64,000 nt of DNA, taken from positions 1 through 64,000 of the IMG/VR virus record IMGVR_UViG_3300031993_000004; one strand, given 5' to 3'. Below the pieces are notes generated by a model that did no database searches, was not told the DNA's origin, and saw only the letters and a program-made list of their open reading frames with translations. The DNA is from a virus (lineage: Duplodnaviria > Caudoviricetes). Position numbers and translations under genes: made by a program. Positions 26,720-36,732 of this stretch are shown piece after piece (position 1 is the first letter of the stretch; each line of letters opens with the position of its first letter).

Positions 26720-27163
26720 ATGGCAGGCGCACCGAATTTTCATACTGAAGCCGAGTGGAATGCATTGCTTAGAAGACTTGACAGAGTCGAAAGAGCGATC
26801 CAATCCATACCGTATATCACAGATGATGATGCTTCCGAATTGAAAAAATTAATTGATCGGAATAAAACTCATTCCGATGAACTCCCACTCCCGGCATTAC
26901 ATGGGGGCTTCTTATGTGCAAATACCAAAGATCTTCCCCCGATTAATTGGGGTGACGTACATCCTGAAAATCTTCCCCCTATTAATTGGGACGCCGCACA
27001 TCCTGAACTGTTACCGACTGTCACAGACAACGGACCGCAAATGAGTGATTCAATCGCTGATAGACTGTCTAAAGTGGAACACGCTGTGGATAATCTCAAA
27101 CAAGACACCGAATGTCTTTGGGATGTTATCAAGTTATGTTTGAAGACCGTTAATCTGCGTTAA
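26720..27163 (+). CDS. hypothetical protein with 13-aa tandem repeat
   Basis: DLPPINWGDVHPE/NLPPINWDAAHPE; 39-nt DNA period at 26931-27007. Confidence 0.7.
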   Translation: MAGAPNFHTEAEWNALLRRLDRVERAIQSIPYITDDDASELKKLIDRNKTHSDELPLPALHGGFLCANTKDLPPINWGDVHPENLPPINWDAAHPELLPTVTDNGPQMSDSIADRLSKVEHAVDNLKQDTECLWDVIKLCLKTVNLR

Positions 27164-27185
27164 TCTGTAAGGAGGAATCGAAAAT

Positions 27186-27548
27186 ATGCCTCAATTAACA
27201 AGCATTCCCGCATTTGATCAGGATCATTTTCCGATCGGAACTGCGATTCTGATTGAATCAAAAGGTGATGAATTTTCCGGTAAACTTGACCCGGAAGTGG
27301 GTATTATTATCGGATATCTTGAAAGCCACACTTTGATGAAAGTGCTCACAAGGCGTACCGCAAAATATGGTGGACAGTGCATCTCGGCAAGATCAATCGG
27401 TCATACGGTCGTTCTTACAAGATTGATTCCCGAGCCCGATACTGTGGAAGATATGGACTATAAGGCCGCGGTTGATGAAATCAACGGTTGTTGTTTTATC
27501 CCACCTGATAATGAGGTTTTCGAACCGGGAGGAGACAACTATGAATGA
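27186..27548 (+). CDS. hypothetical small beta-barrel family protein
   Basis: PAFDQDHFPIGTAILI motif shared with 50537 and 51135. Confidence 0.7.
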   Translation: MPQLTSIPAFDQDHFPIGTAILIESKGDEFSGKLDPEVGIIIGYLESHTLMKVLTRRTAKYGGQCISARSIGHTVVLTRLIPEPDTVEDMDYKAAVDEINGCCFIPPDNEVFEPGGDNYE

Positions 27549-28227
27549 TCAGCAACATCCATACGATTTAACGGAAGCAAAATTGAATGCTACTGCCCAT
27601 AACATCAGAGATATGTCATCAGAATTGGCATCGATGCCGGATGGTGTATTCCATGATCAGATGAGAGCATTCATCGAATTGCAGAAAACGAAATCACGCA
27701 ATCGATCACTAAAGAAATCTGGAAGCTGCCGTTTCAAGGAGATTTTCGATAATGGAAACGAGCTTAAATTGCAACCTTTTCGTATCAAGCCGCCTGAATT
27801 CAAAGAATACCCAGAAATTAAAAAGATTGCATCAGGAGTAACGGCGGATGATCTTATTGACATTGCAAAAGATTTTTCAGCGATGGAAGGCTCATTGTAC
27901 ATGCGGATGGTATATGACATTATGAGAACAAGCGACAAGGCGTGTTTTGACTGCTTTAGGGAATACCTCGGATGTAAAACTGCTGATGACGTATTCAAGA
28001 TTATGACAACCGAGTCAATGTATCATCTATACAATGAAATCGTCCCGTTGATCAATCAACGAATCGGGGAATATCTTAATTTGACAGGAATCGGTTTTCT
28101 CGGATTTTGCGAAACGGACAAACCTGCTGATGATTCCAAAGAATCTCTTGATCGGCTTCGTGCCAGATGGGAAGAAATTTATAATGAGAATGCAGCAACT
28201 GCAGAAAGTGAGGAGGGTAAAGCATGA
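27541..28227 (+). CDS. hypothetical protein
   Basis: GGAGGAG RBS. Confidence 0.75.
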   Translation: MNDQQHPYDLTEAKLNATAHNIRDMSSELASMPDGVFHDQMRAFIELQKTKSRNRSLKKSGSCRFKEIFDNGNELKLQPFRIKPPEFKEYPEIKKIASGVTADDLIDIAKDFSAMEGSLYMRMVYDIMRTSDKACFDCFREYLGCKTADDVFKIMTTESMYHLYNEIVPLINQRIGEYLNLTGIGFLGFCETDKPADDSKESLDRLRARWEEIYNENAATAESEEGKA

Positions 28228-28859
28228 CACCAGCAGAAATTGAAAAATATGATAAGACCATTCTCAGCAGAGATTGGTCAGATCCATTCATCATAGAAAT
28301 GTGGCAGCTCGCACATGGAATCGACCCGACTTCGAACAAAATTCCCATGAGTGGTACTTATGGTGGGGAGGATACAGAATTCTCAAACGAGTTCGTTGAG
28401 AAAATGAAAAAAGCCATCCTTCTTTCTCATGAAAAATATGGGTGGATGGCTGACACATATCCGACACTTGCAAAGGCAATTGATTGTGCGGCAGATAGGA
28501 TCGAAGCATATATGAAATATCATAACAAGGATTACCTTGTGGATGTTGCGAATTTCGCAATGATTGAGTATATGCGTCCATCTTTCACAACAATCAAGTT
28601 CGGTGAAATTGCGAAGATCGATGATTCCGATAACATCAGATGCATGATTGATAGAATCAAAATGTATCGTCAGGATACCAATTGGAATTATATGGCGGAT
28701 CTTGCAGTATACGCAATGAAAGAGTATATGCGTCCGAGTTATGATGATGCACATTATACACCGACAGATTCTGATAAGTCGGTCGGTCTGGCTGGTGGAA
28801 TCAGTTACAAACAACTGAAGGAACAGATGGACGCCGAAAAATCGAGAGGAGAATATTAA
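28224..28859 (+). CDS. hypothetical protein with duplicated helical module (possibly all-alpha NTP-PPase-like)
   Basis: YLVDVANFAMIEYMRPS and YMADLAVYAMKEYMRPS. Confidence 0.6.
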   Translation: MTPAEIEKYDKTILSRDWSDPFIIEMWQLAHGIDPTSNKIPMSGTYGGEDTEFSNEFVEKMKKAILLSHEKYGWMADTYPTLAKAIDCAADRIEAYMKYHNKDYLVDVANFAMIEYMRPSFTTIKFGEIAKIDDSDNIRCMIDRIKMYRQDTNWNYMADLAVYAMKEYMRPSYDDAHYTPTDSDKSVGLAGGISYKQLKEQMDAEKSRGEY

Positions 28860-28860
28860 T

Positions 28861-29316
28861 ATGCGAGTTTCAAATATAACAATGAAGGTTGAACCGATTG
28901 GTGGTTCAAAGATCACCCACGATGGCCGGAAGAAGGACTTGTTCCAATCAACGATTATGTTTACAACGCCCAGCAAAGTCGATCTGGATGAGCTTACGGC
29001 ATATCTCGAGGAGTTCGAACCAACGAATACAGACGATCTTGCGAAGAAGGCTGAAGAACTTCGGCTTGCACATGAATATTTTGGCCATAAGAGCGTGGAT
29101 GAGATCAAAGCTGAACTGGATATGATTTATATCACGAACAAAGGTTCGAATACCGATGGTTTGTCAAACGACAAAGTCTTGATCAAAGTATGTCCGGTAC
29201 GGTATTCAGTTGGAATTGAAATCCTTCGCAATGTATTCGGCGTATACTATACACCGCCCACGGAAACGACACTTGATTCGGCGGTTTGTGTCACGGAACA
29301 GTCTGATGAACAGTGA
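28861..29316 (+). CDS. hypothetical protein
   Basis: GAGGAG RBS. Confidence 0.7.
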   Translation: MRVSNITMKVEPIGGSKITHDGRKKDLFQSTIMFTTPSKVDLDELTAYLEEFEPTNTDDLAKKAEELRLAHEYFGHKSVDEIKAELDMIYITNKGSNTDGLSNDKVLIKVCPVRYSVGIEILRNVFGVYYTPPTETTLDSAVCVTEQSDEQ

Positions 29317-29324
29317 ATATATGA

Positions 29325-29360
29325 ATGGTGGGCTTCGGCCCACCATCGTATACATTTTTT
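29325..29360 (+). terminator. terminator-like hairpin
   Basis: ATGGTGGGC-TTCG-GCCCACCAT. Confidence 0.7.
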
Positions 29361-29372
29361 GAGGAGGTTCAT

Positions 29373-29777
29373 ATGAAAGATCCTGAAAAAGACCCGTACG
29401 TTATCATCTCATCATTCAACTGGCGTGAAGTCTTTAAACCAGCTTTCATTGGTAGATTCCAGAGCAGACTTGCAGCCATCTTCAAAGTCAGAGACAAAAA
29501 TAAATATAACAACATGAAATTCAAGTTGATCATGATTCCCGCTGATGAACAACCTGTTGAGAAGACTCCTGCGCGGGCCCTTGCCGAATATTGGGAGGCA
29601 GCCTTATCGCAAGAAAAGCTTGCTGATATGGCTGAACGTATGAAAGCAATTCCACCTGAACAGATGAAAGAAATGTTCAAAGAATGGTGGGTTGTTTCAG
29701 CGAGGCAGTATCTCGCTGACAATGAATTGGAGGAACTCAGCAATGAAAGTTCAAGTTCGGAAACTGACAAAAGCTGA
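29373..29777 (+). CDS. hypothetical protein
   Basis: GAGGAGG RBS. Confidence 0.7.
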   Translation: MKDPEKDPYVIISSFNWREVFKPAFIGRFQSRLAAIFKVRDKNKYNNMKFKLIMIPADEQPVEKTPARALAEYWEAALSQEKLADMAERMKAIPPEQMKEMFKEWWVVSARQYLADNELEELSNESSSSETDKS

Positions 29778-29913
29778 GAGAATACATCTGTCGGCTGAAT
29801 TAATAGCTCGGGGTGCAGTAATTGCGATCAAGAGCAAAGACATGCCAATGAATGATCGCGCATTGCTCTTGAGATTGGCCGGATTCGAGGATCCTTGGGG
29901 ATATCTGGAGTGA
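29743..29913 (+). CDS. small hypothetical protein
   Basis: GGAGG RBS before MKVQVRK. Confidence 0.55.
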   Translation: MKVQVRKLTKAERIHLSAELIARGAVIAIKSKDMPMNDRALLLRLAGFEDPWGYLE

Positions 29914-29934
29914 AGAAAAAGGAGGTTGACGAAC

Positions 29935-30216
29935 ATGACAGTGAGTCAATTGAAAGCGATTCTTGAAGAACTTGAGAAAGCAAACTGTGGTGACCATCAG
30001 ATCAAGTTTCAATGCGAATCTAGACGTGAAACGAATTTCGATGGGACTGGCGCCGTTGTGCTTCCTTCGCGTACATTCGATTTCTATGACTTAAAATACG
30101 AATTCGCGTTTGACAGCTATATTACAAACGATGGATATCCGTGCAAAGTCACCAACTGCACGGACAATATCGTTGTTAATTCAGATGAAAAAACGGTGAC
30201 TTTCCATCAATTCTGA
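29935..30216 (+). CDS. hypothetical protein, paralog of 34988
   Basis: GDHQIKFQC...SRTFDF vs GDYHIEFVC...SRTFDF. Confidence 0.75.
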   Translation: MTVSQLKAILEELEKANCGDHQIKFQCESRRETNFDGTGAVVLPSRTFDFYDLKYEFAFDSYITNDGYPCKVTNCTDNIVVNSDEKTVTFHQF

Positions 30217-30238
30217 AAGGAGAAGGAGGTTAACACTA

Positions 30239-30694
30239 ATGAGCTTTTTATTACAGCACGCCCTGGAAGCACCAATGTTTGTCCAGAATGATGATTTGTT
30301 TGACAAGCTTCGAGCATATATCAACACGAAGCAGTTTGTCGAGAAAACAGATATGAACGATAAAAATTTTGGTATCTGCCACGCAATTCCAGTGTTGTTG
30401 AGACCGGATGGATCAAGTAAGAGATATTGTGACACGCAGCTGTATATCCCTGACGACGAATCGAAATGGTTTGGCAGGGTCTCTCACATCGCAGTTTCTC
30501 ATTCGGTAGAACGCCGGTTTGATGTTATGGTCGCAGTAACGAATCCGGAATACCAAAACGATGTGCTGGTTGACAGTTTGAATCAGCATGTCAAAGCATA
30601 TCCGTGGATTGCAATAAATCCATGGACAGACGACAATTCTGTTGTTCTTCTGTCTGTCATTTTGGAATTGATGGGAAGGGGTCCATCATTATGA
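30239..30694 (+). CDS. hypothetical protein
   Basis: AAGGAGG RBS. Confidence 0.75.
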   Translation: MSFLLQHALEAPMFVQNDDLFDKLRAYINTKQFVEKTDMNDKNFGICHAIPVLLRPDGSSKRYCDTQLYIPDDESKWFGRVSHIAVSHSVERRFDVMVAVTNPEYQNDVLVDSLNQHVKAYPWIAINPWTDDNSVVLLSVILELMGRGPSL

Positions 30695-30768
30695 ACTGGA
30701 AGAAACGAAAGAAACTTCGGAAGATCGCGAAGCATTACAACCGGGATCACTTAGCATTATCGAGGTGA
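30691..30768 (+). CDS. 25-aa stand-alone basic tag peptide MNWKKRKKLRKIAKHYNRDHLALSR
   Basis: ATGA overlap with upstream stop; first 38 nt nearly identical to the start of 32402. Confidence 0.6.
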   Translation: MNWKKRKKLRKIAKHYNRDHLALSR

Positions 30769-30773
30769 TAAAG

Positions 30774-31361
30774 ATGGAGAAACGAAAACCTGAATTTCAT
30801 TTGTGGTTGGTTCGACCGATTCACGGTGATGAATATTTTCTGAAAACGGTTCTCGAGATCGAAGCAGCCATCAAACTGAAAAAGGATATCGATACATACC
30901 AGGTATGTATGCTATCGACGAATCTGTTTAACGAGGGCTATCGCATCTTTGTGCATGATGATGTACATGATAAATTTGAAATAACCCTCGGATCATGTGA
31001 TCGAACTGATCGTGAACTCAGGATGGGTCATAATCTAGAAAAGATGCTTTTGAGTGGGGCATTCTATTTGAAGTGTGGACTAGAACCAGTTCTGGATCCA
31101 CCTGATAGACTCCAGAAATACATTCCTGAAGACAAGATCGGAGATCTTATTGCACGCGCATGCAATATAATCACATCAGACAATCATATTGATATGACTG
31201 ATTTAAACCATACACCCATATTGCTTGGTGATACCGAACATATTGACTATCCACAGTATAAACCGATATGGACCGATGAAGGTTTACATGAAGGCGGTGA
31301 TCAAAATGGATTATCAGAAACTGTGGAAACGACTGAAGAAGTTTCTAAAGGGGATGGGTGA
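30774..31361 (+). CDS. hypothetical protein
   Basis: GAGGTG RBS. Confidence 0.75.
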   Translation: MEKRKPEFHLWLVRPIHGDEYFLKTVLEIEAAIKLKKDIDTYQVCMLSTNLFNEGYRIFVHDDVHDKFEITLGSCDRTDRELRMGHNLEKMLLSGAFYLKCGLEPVLDPPDRLQKYIPEDKIGDLIARACNIITSDNHIDMTDLNHTPILLGDTEHIDYPQYKPIWTDEGLHEGGDQNGLSETVETTEEVSKGDG

Positions 31362-31464
31362 CGCATATGCTCCTGCAAACGTCATCCTGCGAGAGATGAA
31401 ATCACTTGAGAAAGGGGATAACGACAATGAACTGGAGGAAAAGAAAGAAACGATCAAGCCGTAA
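31306..31464 (+). CDS. small hypothetical protein
   Basis: GGCGGTG RBS before MDYQKLW. Confidence 0.55.
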   Translation: MDYQKLWKRLKKFLKGMGDAYAPANVILREMKSLEKGDNDNELEEKKETIKP

Positions 31465-31762
31465 TGGATTTCCGACATTTCGAGCGTATAAAGACCGACT
31501 CAAACTGGTCAACAATATCATCCGATCATTGCCATACGACAAAATTTGTTACTTCATACTCGATTATGGAACCGATAAATTGCGTGTTGACCGTGATTGG
31601 GTAATCGAGACGATGTTGATGCATCCCGCTATCGTGTCGATTGCGTACAGCAACATCGAACATGATGAATATCATATCAAATGTATCGGACGAGATTCGG
31701 CTACCAATTTTACGATACTCGTCGGATCAATCGAAAGTTATTGGAGGGAGGGACTTGAATGA
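31427..31762 (+). CDS. MxWKKR-tag family protein
   Basis: MNWRKRKKRSSRNGFPTFRAYK. Confidence 0.7.
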   Translation: MNWRKRKKRSSRNGFPTFRAYKDRLKLVNNIIRSLPYDKICYFILDYGTDKLRVDRDWVIETMLMHPAIVSIAYSNIEHDEYHIKCIGRDSATNFTILVGSIESYWREGLE

Positions 31763-32388
31763 GTAGGAAGAAGAAATACGATATCACAGATCTTTTATGC
31801 AGATTCTTCGCTCTTGTCTTTGACAAAAATGAGAGGCATAAGATGATCGCAGAGGGAGACAAATATATGGGACCGTCATTTGGAACCGGTGGTCCAAGCG
31901 TGCAAGAGTTGTTCAACGCCAGATTCGACACGAAGAACAACAAAGAACCCGCGTTCATTGAAATGTATATTGAATACATGTGTGATTACTGCTATCACGA
32001 GGTGCTTGGTCTCGGCGGAACTGGAATTCCTGACATGATGAAATGGTATTTGTGTCAGGTCTTTGATCTGTTCTCTGAAGAAGTAGATAGTACCTCGGGA
32101 TATCCGAAATCTCCGGCTGAAGCAAAAGGACTGGCTCCAGCGTATTATCTTGATTCCAGCAAAATCGAGAAAGTCTTCGGTATTGACGAGAAGTCGATGT
32201 ATTCTCATGATGTCAAAAAATCGGGACCGTTTCTGTCGTTGCTGTATATTATCTATACTTTTGATGAGAAGCATGTGACCGATTATGGCTTCTCGATATT
32301 TGCATCCCATTTGACAGGAAAAGGAAAGACGATGATGGAAATCTTCAAGAAGTGGCTTGAATTCAATCCACCAGAAGATGATACATGA
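31759..32388 (+). CDS. hypothetical protein
   Basis: coupled ORF, GGAGGG RBS. Confidence 0.75.
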   Translation: MSRKKKYDITDLLCRFFALVFDKNERHKMIAEGDKYMGPSFGTGGPSVQELFNARFDTKNNKEPAFIEMYIEYMCDYCYHEVLGLGGTGIPDMMKWYLCQVFDLFSEEVDSTSGYPKSPAEAKGLAPAYYLDSSKIEKVFGIDEKSMYSHDVKKSGPFLSLLYIIYTFDEKHVTDYGFSIFASHLTGKGKTMMEIFKKWLEFNPPEDDT

Positions 32389-32401
32389 TCGGAGGTAAAC
32401 G

Positions 32402-33343
32402 ATGAACTGGAAGAAACGAAAGAAGCTTCGTAAGATCGCACATGCACATGGGAAATCCCATTATTATGAATGGAGAAGTGTAATTAAAGCACTATGCCAT
32501 CTCGATTTATATATGACATATTGCAGAGAGAAACAAAGTGAATCTTGGCGAGTATTGGTCAGTAAAAAGATTGAATCGGCACATGGTGAATGGGATCATC
32601 CTGTGAATGACATGGTTCAATGTGATGTTGTCATTCAGGACTATACGTCACCAAATCGGCTCAAACGTGTCTATACTCCAGAACAAATCTCTGGCATGGT
32701 GGAGTCGTTCGATAAGAAGCTGAAACATGAAGAGATTACATTGGGACCATTGAAGGATGAACCGATGATTTCCGGATACATCACAGGAACTCGTGTTGAA
32801 GTCGACAAGGATGGCCATGAACGAATTATCGCTATGGGGATAATTCGATGCGATGAAAAAGATGAACCGTTTGAAGCGTTGATGCATTCGGCCACGATTA
32901 ACGAAAAAGATATTAATGGATTCAAACCGGGAGAACTTGCGCAATTCCCTCAGAAATTGGATTCAGCATGTCATAAATCGTGGATGGATATCAGATTCCC
33001 TCGTCCAGTAGTAATTCCAGAAGTTGCTGAGAAATTGAAATCCGAGAAGAATGAACTTATGTTGATTGCCGACGACTTGAAAAAGTTGGCAACTTACGAG
33101 ATGTCAATTCTCGGTATTACAAATCCGGCATCATGGAATACTGCTGTGTCGTCGCCTGTTGAAAAGAAAGAGGGGAAAGATATTGATGTGCTGACCATTA
33201 AGGAAGGTGCATCGACGGTTGTTCCTAAAGTTGATGGCGATATTAATTCATTGCTAAAATATCATGGCATTGTCGCTGGTTCTGACATGAAAGATGCCAT
33301 CAGATATGCTGGAAATTCGTGTGAAGCATCCGCATATGATTGA
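32402..33343 (+). CDS. MxWKKR-tag family protein
   Basis: MNWKKRKKLRKIAHAHGKSHYYEW. Confidence 0.8.
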   Translation: MNWKKRKKLRKIAHAHGKSHYYEWRSVIKALCHLDLYMTYCREKQSESWRVLVSKKIESAHGEWDHPVNDMVQCDVVIQDYTSPNRLKRVYTPEQISGMVESFDKKLKHEEITLGPLKDEPMISGYITGTRVEVDKDGHERIIAMGIIRCDEKDEPFEALMHSATINEKDINGFKPGELAQFPQKLDSACHKSWMDIRFPRPVVIPEVAEKLKSEKNELMLIADDLKKLATYEMSILGITNPASWNTAVSSPVEKKEGKDIDVLTIKEGASTVVPKVDGDINSLLKYHGIVAGSDMKDAIRYAGNSCEASAYD

Positions 33344-33356
33344 AGGGAGAATTCTG

Positions 33357-33589
33357 ATGGCTGAGAATAAACGACCTAAATGTGTTGACTGTAATGGTAT
33401 TCAGAAGAAGGTGGTCCGTATGGTTCGTGTGAAAACACAGGTTATCGATTTGAACTAGAAGACTTCTGCAGGGTTCCTGGAAATCCGATGATGATCAAAG
33501 GTCCGAAAACTTGGGTTCCAACATGGTGCCATAAATTCTGGAAAAGGGAGAAGGATTCAAATGATCGAAGAGATTGTAAAGAAGGCTGA
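33357..33589 (+). pseudogene. frameshifted small Cys4 protein (1-nt deletion near 33394, or assembly error)
   Basis: adding one base joins KCVDC to (K)WYSEEGGPYGSC...FC...PTWC giving a 77-aa ORF. Confidence 0.6.
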
Positions 33590-33953
33590 CCTGAGTAAGG
33601 TTGCGTTTAAACCATTTTACTATCCGCTCGTGGCAATGATCCATCTGCTGTATGAACTTCCCGAGTGTGGATGTGCAGGATTGGGTCATGTTGTTATTGA
33701 TGATAACAATATCGATACCGGTTCGATCCAGCACACGCTTCATTGGACAACAGAGGGAGAAGATGCTAAACGCGTCGAAGCCCCTCTTGTCAGATGCATC
33801 ATGGAATACATGCTCCAAATGACAGAAGATGAACGAGCAGTGTTGTTCTATCTCATGGAAAACACAAACTGGGATGCAGAATCATTCGAGGATCCTGCTA
33901 TGTTTGATTATGCGAAAGAATATATCATTCCAAGAGAGGGTGAACAATCATAA
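33561..33953 (+). CDS. hypothetical phage protein
   Basis: GLGHVVIDDNNI motif; RBS. Confidence 0.75.
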   Translation: MIEEIVKKADLSKVAFKPFYYPLVAMIHLLYELPECGCAGLGHVVIDDNNIDTGSIQHTLHWTTEGEDAKRVEAPLVRCIMEYMLQMTEDERAVLFYLMENTNWDAESFEDPAMFDYAKEYIIPREGEQS

Positions 33954-34270
33954 TGCATTGGAAGAAAAGACATAAGTTCCGGAAGCTTCTGCACAGTAAG
34001 CTACGGAAAAAACGTTGGTGGATGTGGATACCCGAAGATTTCAAATCATATGCTGATTACAAACGATACATTCGTTCCTATTGTAGACGAAATGTACCAT
34101 GTCCACCAATGGATCCAGAAGTGAGAAAAGTCATAATTCAAGCCGAATGGAATGGAATGCCAATACGAAAATGGAATGAGCAATTTGAGGATCGGATAAT
34201 CCAAGGGATTGTCGATGCCGAAATAGATCGCAATGTATTGGGAAGCGATAAAAAGCACATCAAAAAATGA
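33953..34270 (+). CDS. MxWKKR-tag family protein
   Basis: MHWKKRHKFRKLL. Confidence 0.75.
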   Translation: MHWKKRHKFRKLLHSKLRKKRWWMWIPEDFKSYADYKRYIRSYCRRNVPCPPMDPEVRKVIIQAEWNGMPIRKWNEQFEDRIIQGIVDAEIDRNVLGSDKKHIKK

Positions 34271-34289
34271 GTGAAAGGAGTGATCGTGG

Positions 34290-34556
34290 ATGGCAGAACC
34301 ACTTCCAAAAGATCCGATGGACGCAGTGACTGAAATTGTGATGACCGCATCACCAGAAGAACTCGTTCAGCGTATTCAAAATGCTGCTGCAATTGCATGG
34401 AGATTTGCTGGCTATGACGGCCAACATCATAAAGACTGGGTGATCGATAAGATGCTGCTGTACGTTCTCGGAGAAGAAGCATATCAAAAATTCGTCGAGA
34501 TGTACAATCATGGTGCTGATCCGTTGTCACGGTGGAAAACCGGTATCACACCTTAA
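34290..34556 (+). CDS. hypothetical phage protein
   Basis: DGQHHKDWVIDKM...WKTGITP; AAAGGAG RBS. Confidence 0.8.
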   Translation: MAEPLPKDPMDAVTEIVMTASPEELVQRIQNAAAIAWRFAGYDGQHHKDWVIDKMLLYVLGEEAYQKFVEMYNHGADPLSRWKTGITP

Positions 34557-34566
34557 GGAGGTCATA

Positions 34567-35001
34567 ATGAAAAAGCGAACAAAAATTAATCGCGCGCGAA
34601 GATATGGATTCGGAACCTGGAGTCAATATAAAGCCTGGAAACGGATTCTTGATTTCGGTGTGAAGCATGGCGGACAATGGTTCTATGAATGGTTTGTCGA
34701 ATGTAAACATCGTTCCGAAGCACATAAGGCCGGAACTGGGGTTGACATGTTGCTTATCACAACCAGTAAATCTGGAAAAGCTATCAAGCACATGCAGATT
34801 GCACAGGGGTGTTATCCGTCAGCAATGACATCATCAAATGACACACCAGACATCACGTTGCGTTTCACAGCGGACTTTCACAATGGTAAATGTACAACCG
34901 ATGTATTCCAGGAAGTGTATAACAGATATCAGGAATGGCTTGGAGGCATTCAAAGTCGGCCATATGATGACGAGAAAGGTGATTCAGATGAAACTGAATG
35001 A
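34567..35001 (+). CDS. basic-tag family protein (divergent)
   Basis: MKKRTKINRARRYGFGTWSQYK. Confidence 0.75.
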   Translation: MKKRTKINRARRYGFGTWSQYKAWKRILDFGVKHGGQWFYEWFVECKHRSEAHKAGTGVDMLLITTSKSGKAIKHMQIAQGCYPSAMTSSNDTPDITLRFTADFHNGKCTTDVFQEVYNRYQEWLGGIQSRPYDDEKGDSDETE

Positions 35002-35206
35002 TGTGATTTCTAAGCTACAAGCTCTTGCGGATGAGGGTTATGGGGACTATCACATCGAATTCGTATGTGATGCCACTCAGACATATTTCAATGACTCTGA
35101 ACATACATACGGCACTGACAGTCGAACATTCGATTTCGATGATCCGCATTGTAATCGTGAAGTCTATGACCAGCAAAGAATTATCCAGCTGCATTCAAAA
35201 TGGTAA
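34988..35206 (+). CDS. hypothetical protein, paralog of 29935
   Basis: AAAGGTG RBS; shared motifs. Confidence 0.7.
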   Translation: MKLNDVISKLQALADEGYGDYHIEFVCDATQTYFNDSEHTYGTDSRTFDFDDPHCNREVYDQQRIIQLHSKW

Positions 35207-35236
35207 TTACCATAATGAGGGGGTGAGTTATAAGCC

Positions 35237-35692
35237 ATGCACTGGAAGAAACGGAATCGGCGACGTAAGATCGCGCGGTCACATGGTTACACACACTGGA
35301 GGATCTGGAATAACCGTGTGAAAGCAAGCGTCCACATTGAACGGTATCAACATCTGCTGGAAAGTTGGTGTTCTCGTGACATCAAACATATTCTTTATGA
35401 ATTGAATACGACGGTTACGTTACTTGGACATCCTGAATACTGTATGACAGAAGAACAGTTCTGGGCACAATATAATGATCAACTCAATGAAATGATTTCC
35501 GCACAGGAAGCGTACGAAGATGAATGTATTATGCGATTCCTGGATAAAGAGTTCGATAAAAAAGAACAAAACGAATTTGATGGGGACACGATCGATGTCA
35601 TTCCCATCAAACATCAAACTCATGTTCCGACGAACGATAATGAGCCATTCTATAAGTCGGTCTTATACAGATCTGCATATGGATATAAATGA
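35237..35692 (+). CDS. MxWKKR-tag family protein
   Basis: MHWKKRNRRRKIARSHGYTHWRIW. Confidence 0.8.
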   Translation: MHWKKRNRRRKIARSHGYTHWRIWNNRVKASVHIERYQHLLESWCSRDIKHILYELNTTVTLLGHPEYCMTEEQFWAQYNDQLNEMISAQEAYEDECIMRFLDKEFDKKEQNEFDGDTIDVIPIKHQTHVPTNDNEPFYKSVLYRSAYGYK

Positions 35693-35724
35693 AAAATGGG
35701 GGCGAAAGCCCCCATTTTTTTTTT
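35692..35724 (+). terminator. intrinsic terminator
   Basis: AAAAATGGGGGC-GAAA-GCCCCCATTTTTTTTT. Confidence 0.88.
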
Positions 35725-35731
35725 ACATCTT

Positions 35732-35747
35732 AAATGTATATTATTAT
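35732..35747 (+). promoter_or_regulatory. putative early promoter
   Basis: ATGTATATTATTAT directly before GAAAGGAGG. Confidence 0.6.
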
Positions 35748-35766
35748 CTCGAAAGGAGGCTCGCTT

Positions 35767-36327
35767 ATGAGTAAACTGAAATTGATGGAACGTCCCGAAG
35801 CCCGCCCGCAAGATGATGACAATCCAGCACATATCGTCTCAATGCTGTGCTACAACACGGAGGTGTGTCCACATTGCGGAAATGGTGGAAAGTTCATCGA
35901 AACAATTGAGGCGTCTCGTAAGGTAAAAACATATGGTTGCATTGTCCATGTTGATCAAGCATTCTTTAAAGGGAGATGCACGATGTGTGGACAAGTATGG
36001 ATCGAGACAGCTTACATCCCTGGCACACTGCGATTGAGTCTGACAACATTGAAGTTCATATGTAATAAGATAACATCTGTGGTTTGGTCTGCTATTAAAG
36101 TTGGATTTAATTTCTTCGTAAACCATATTCTCGCAAAAGTCATATACGGTATTGTACTATGGCTTGTCGTGAAGGGTGTTCGCGCATACGAATACTCGGA
36201 AGGAGAAAGTAATTTTAAAGAGATGCTAGCGGTATTTGGAATATTCTTAGTTCTTTTTCAAGCAGGATGGTATATTGCGCAAATAATATCGTTTTGCAAT
36301 AAAGTGAGGAGGAAGTTCTTTGAGTAA
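35767..36327 (+). CDS. zinc-ribbon plus TM protein
   Basis: CPHC...CTMCGQVW then hydrophobic helices. Confidence 0.75.
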   Translation: MSKLKLMERPEARPQDDDNPAHIVSMLCYNTEVCPHCGNGGKFIETIEASRKVKTYGCIVHVDQAFFKGRCTMCGQVWIETAYIPGTLRLSLTTLKFICNKITSVVWSAIKVGFNFFVNHILAKVIYGIVLWLVVKGVRAYEYSEGESNFKEMLAVFGIFLVLFQAGWYIAQIISFCNKVRRKFFE

Positions 36328-36730
36328 CACGAAAGATTTTATTGATGGCGTTGCCGATAAATTATCCGTGCAGTTATCAAAAGCCGGCAACTTTGATAAG
36401 TTTTCACGGTGGACTGATCTCGAAAATGAGATTGAAACACTCATCTCTATCGTGCAATGCGATAACGGGTTGCCTGCAGTCGAGAGATTCCATGGTTCGT
36501 ACTGGATGTCTCGTATCAAATCTGCCATGATAGATTTGTCCGTGGATGCAACAGGTCAGGAAGGATTTGAAGTTGCGTGGGATAATCTCAAAAACGTATT
36601 AAAGGACGAATACGAGATCGCTAAGACAGGAAAAGGAATGTCAGCAGTGCGAGCAGCATGGGGTCTTCATTATATTCAGAAAGTCCAGGATATAATGAAG
36701 AGCCTTGAAAAAATATATGAGGAGGCATAA
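36320..36730 (+). CDS. hypothetical protein
   Basis: GAGGAGG RBS, TTG start. Confidence 0.7.
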   Translation: MSNTKDFIDGVADKLSVQLSKAGNFDKFSRWTDLENEIETLISIVQCDNGLPAVERFHGSYWMSRIKSAMIDLSVDATGQEGFEVAWDNLKNVLKDEYEIAKTGKGMSAVRAAWGLHYIQKVQDIMKSLEKIYEEA

Positions 36731-36732
36731 AT

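Noticed and set aside
33357-33458. TAG readthrough (genetic code 15) explaining the broken ORF
   Set aside because: Readthrough adds only ten codons before a TGA; the frameshift explanation restores a coherent Cys motif.
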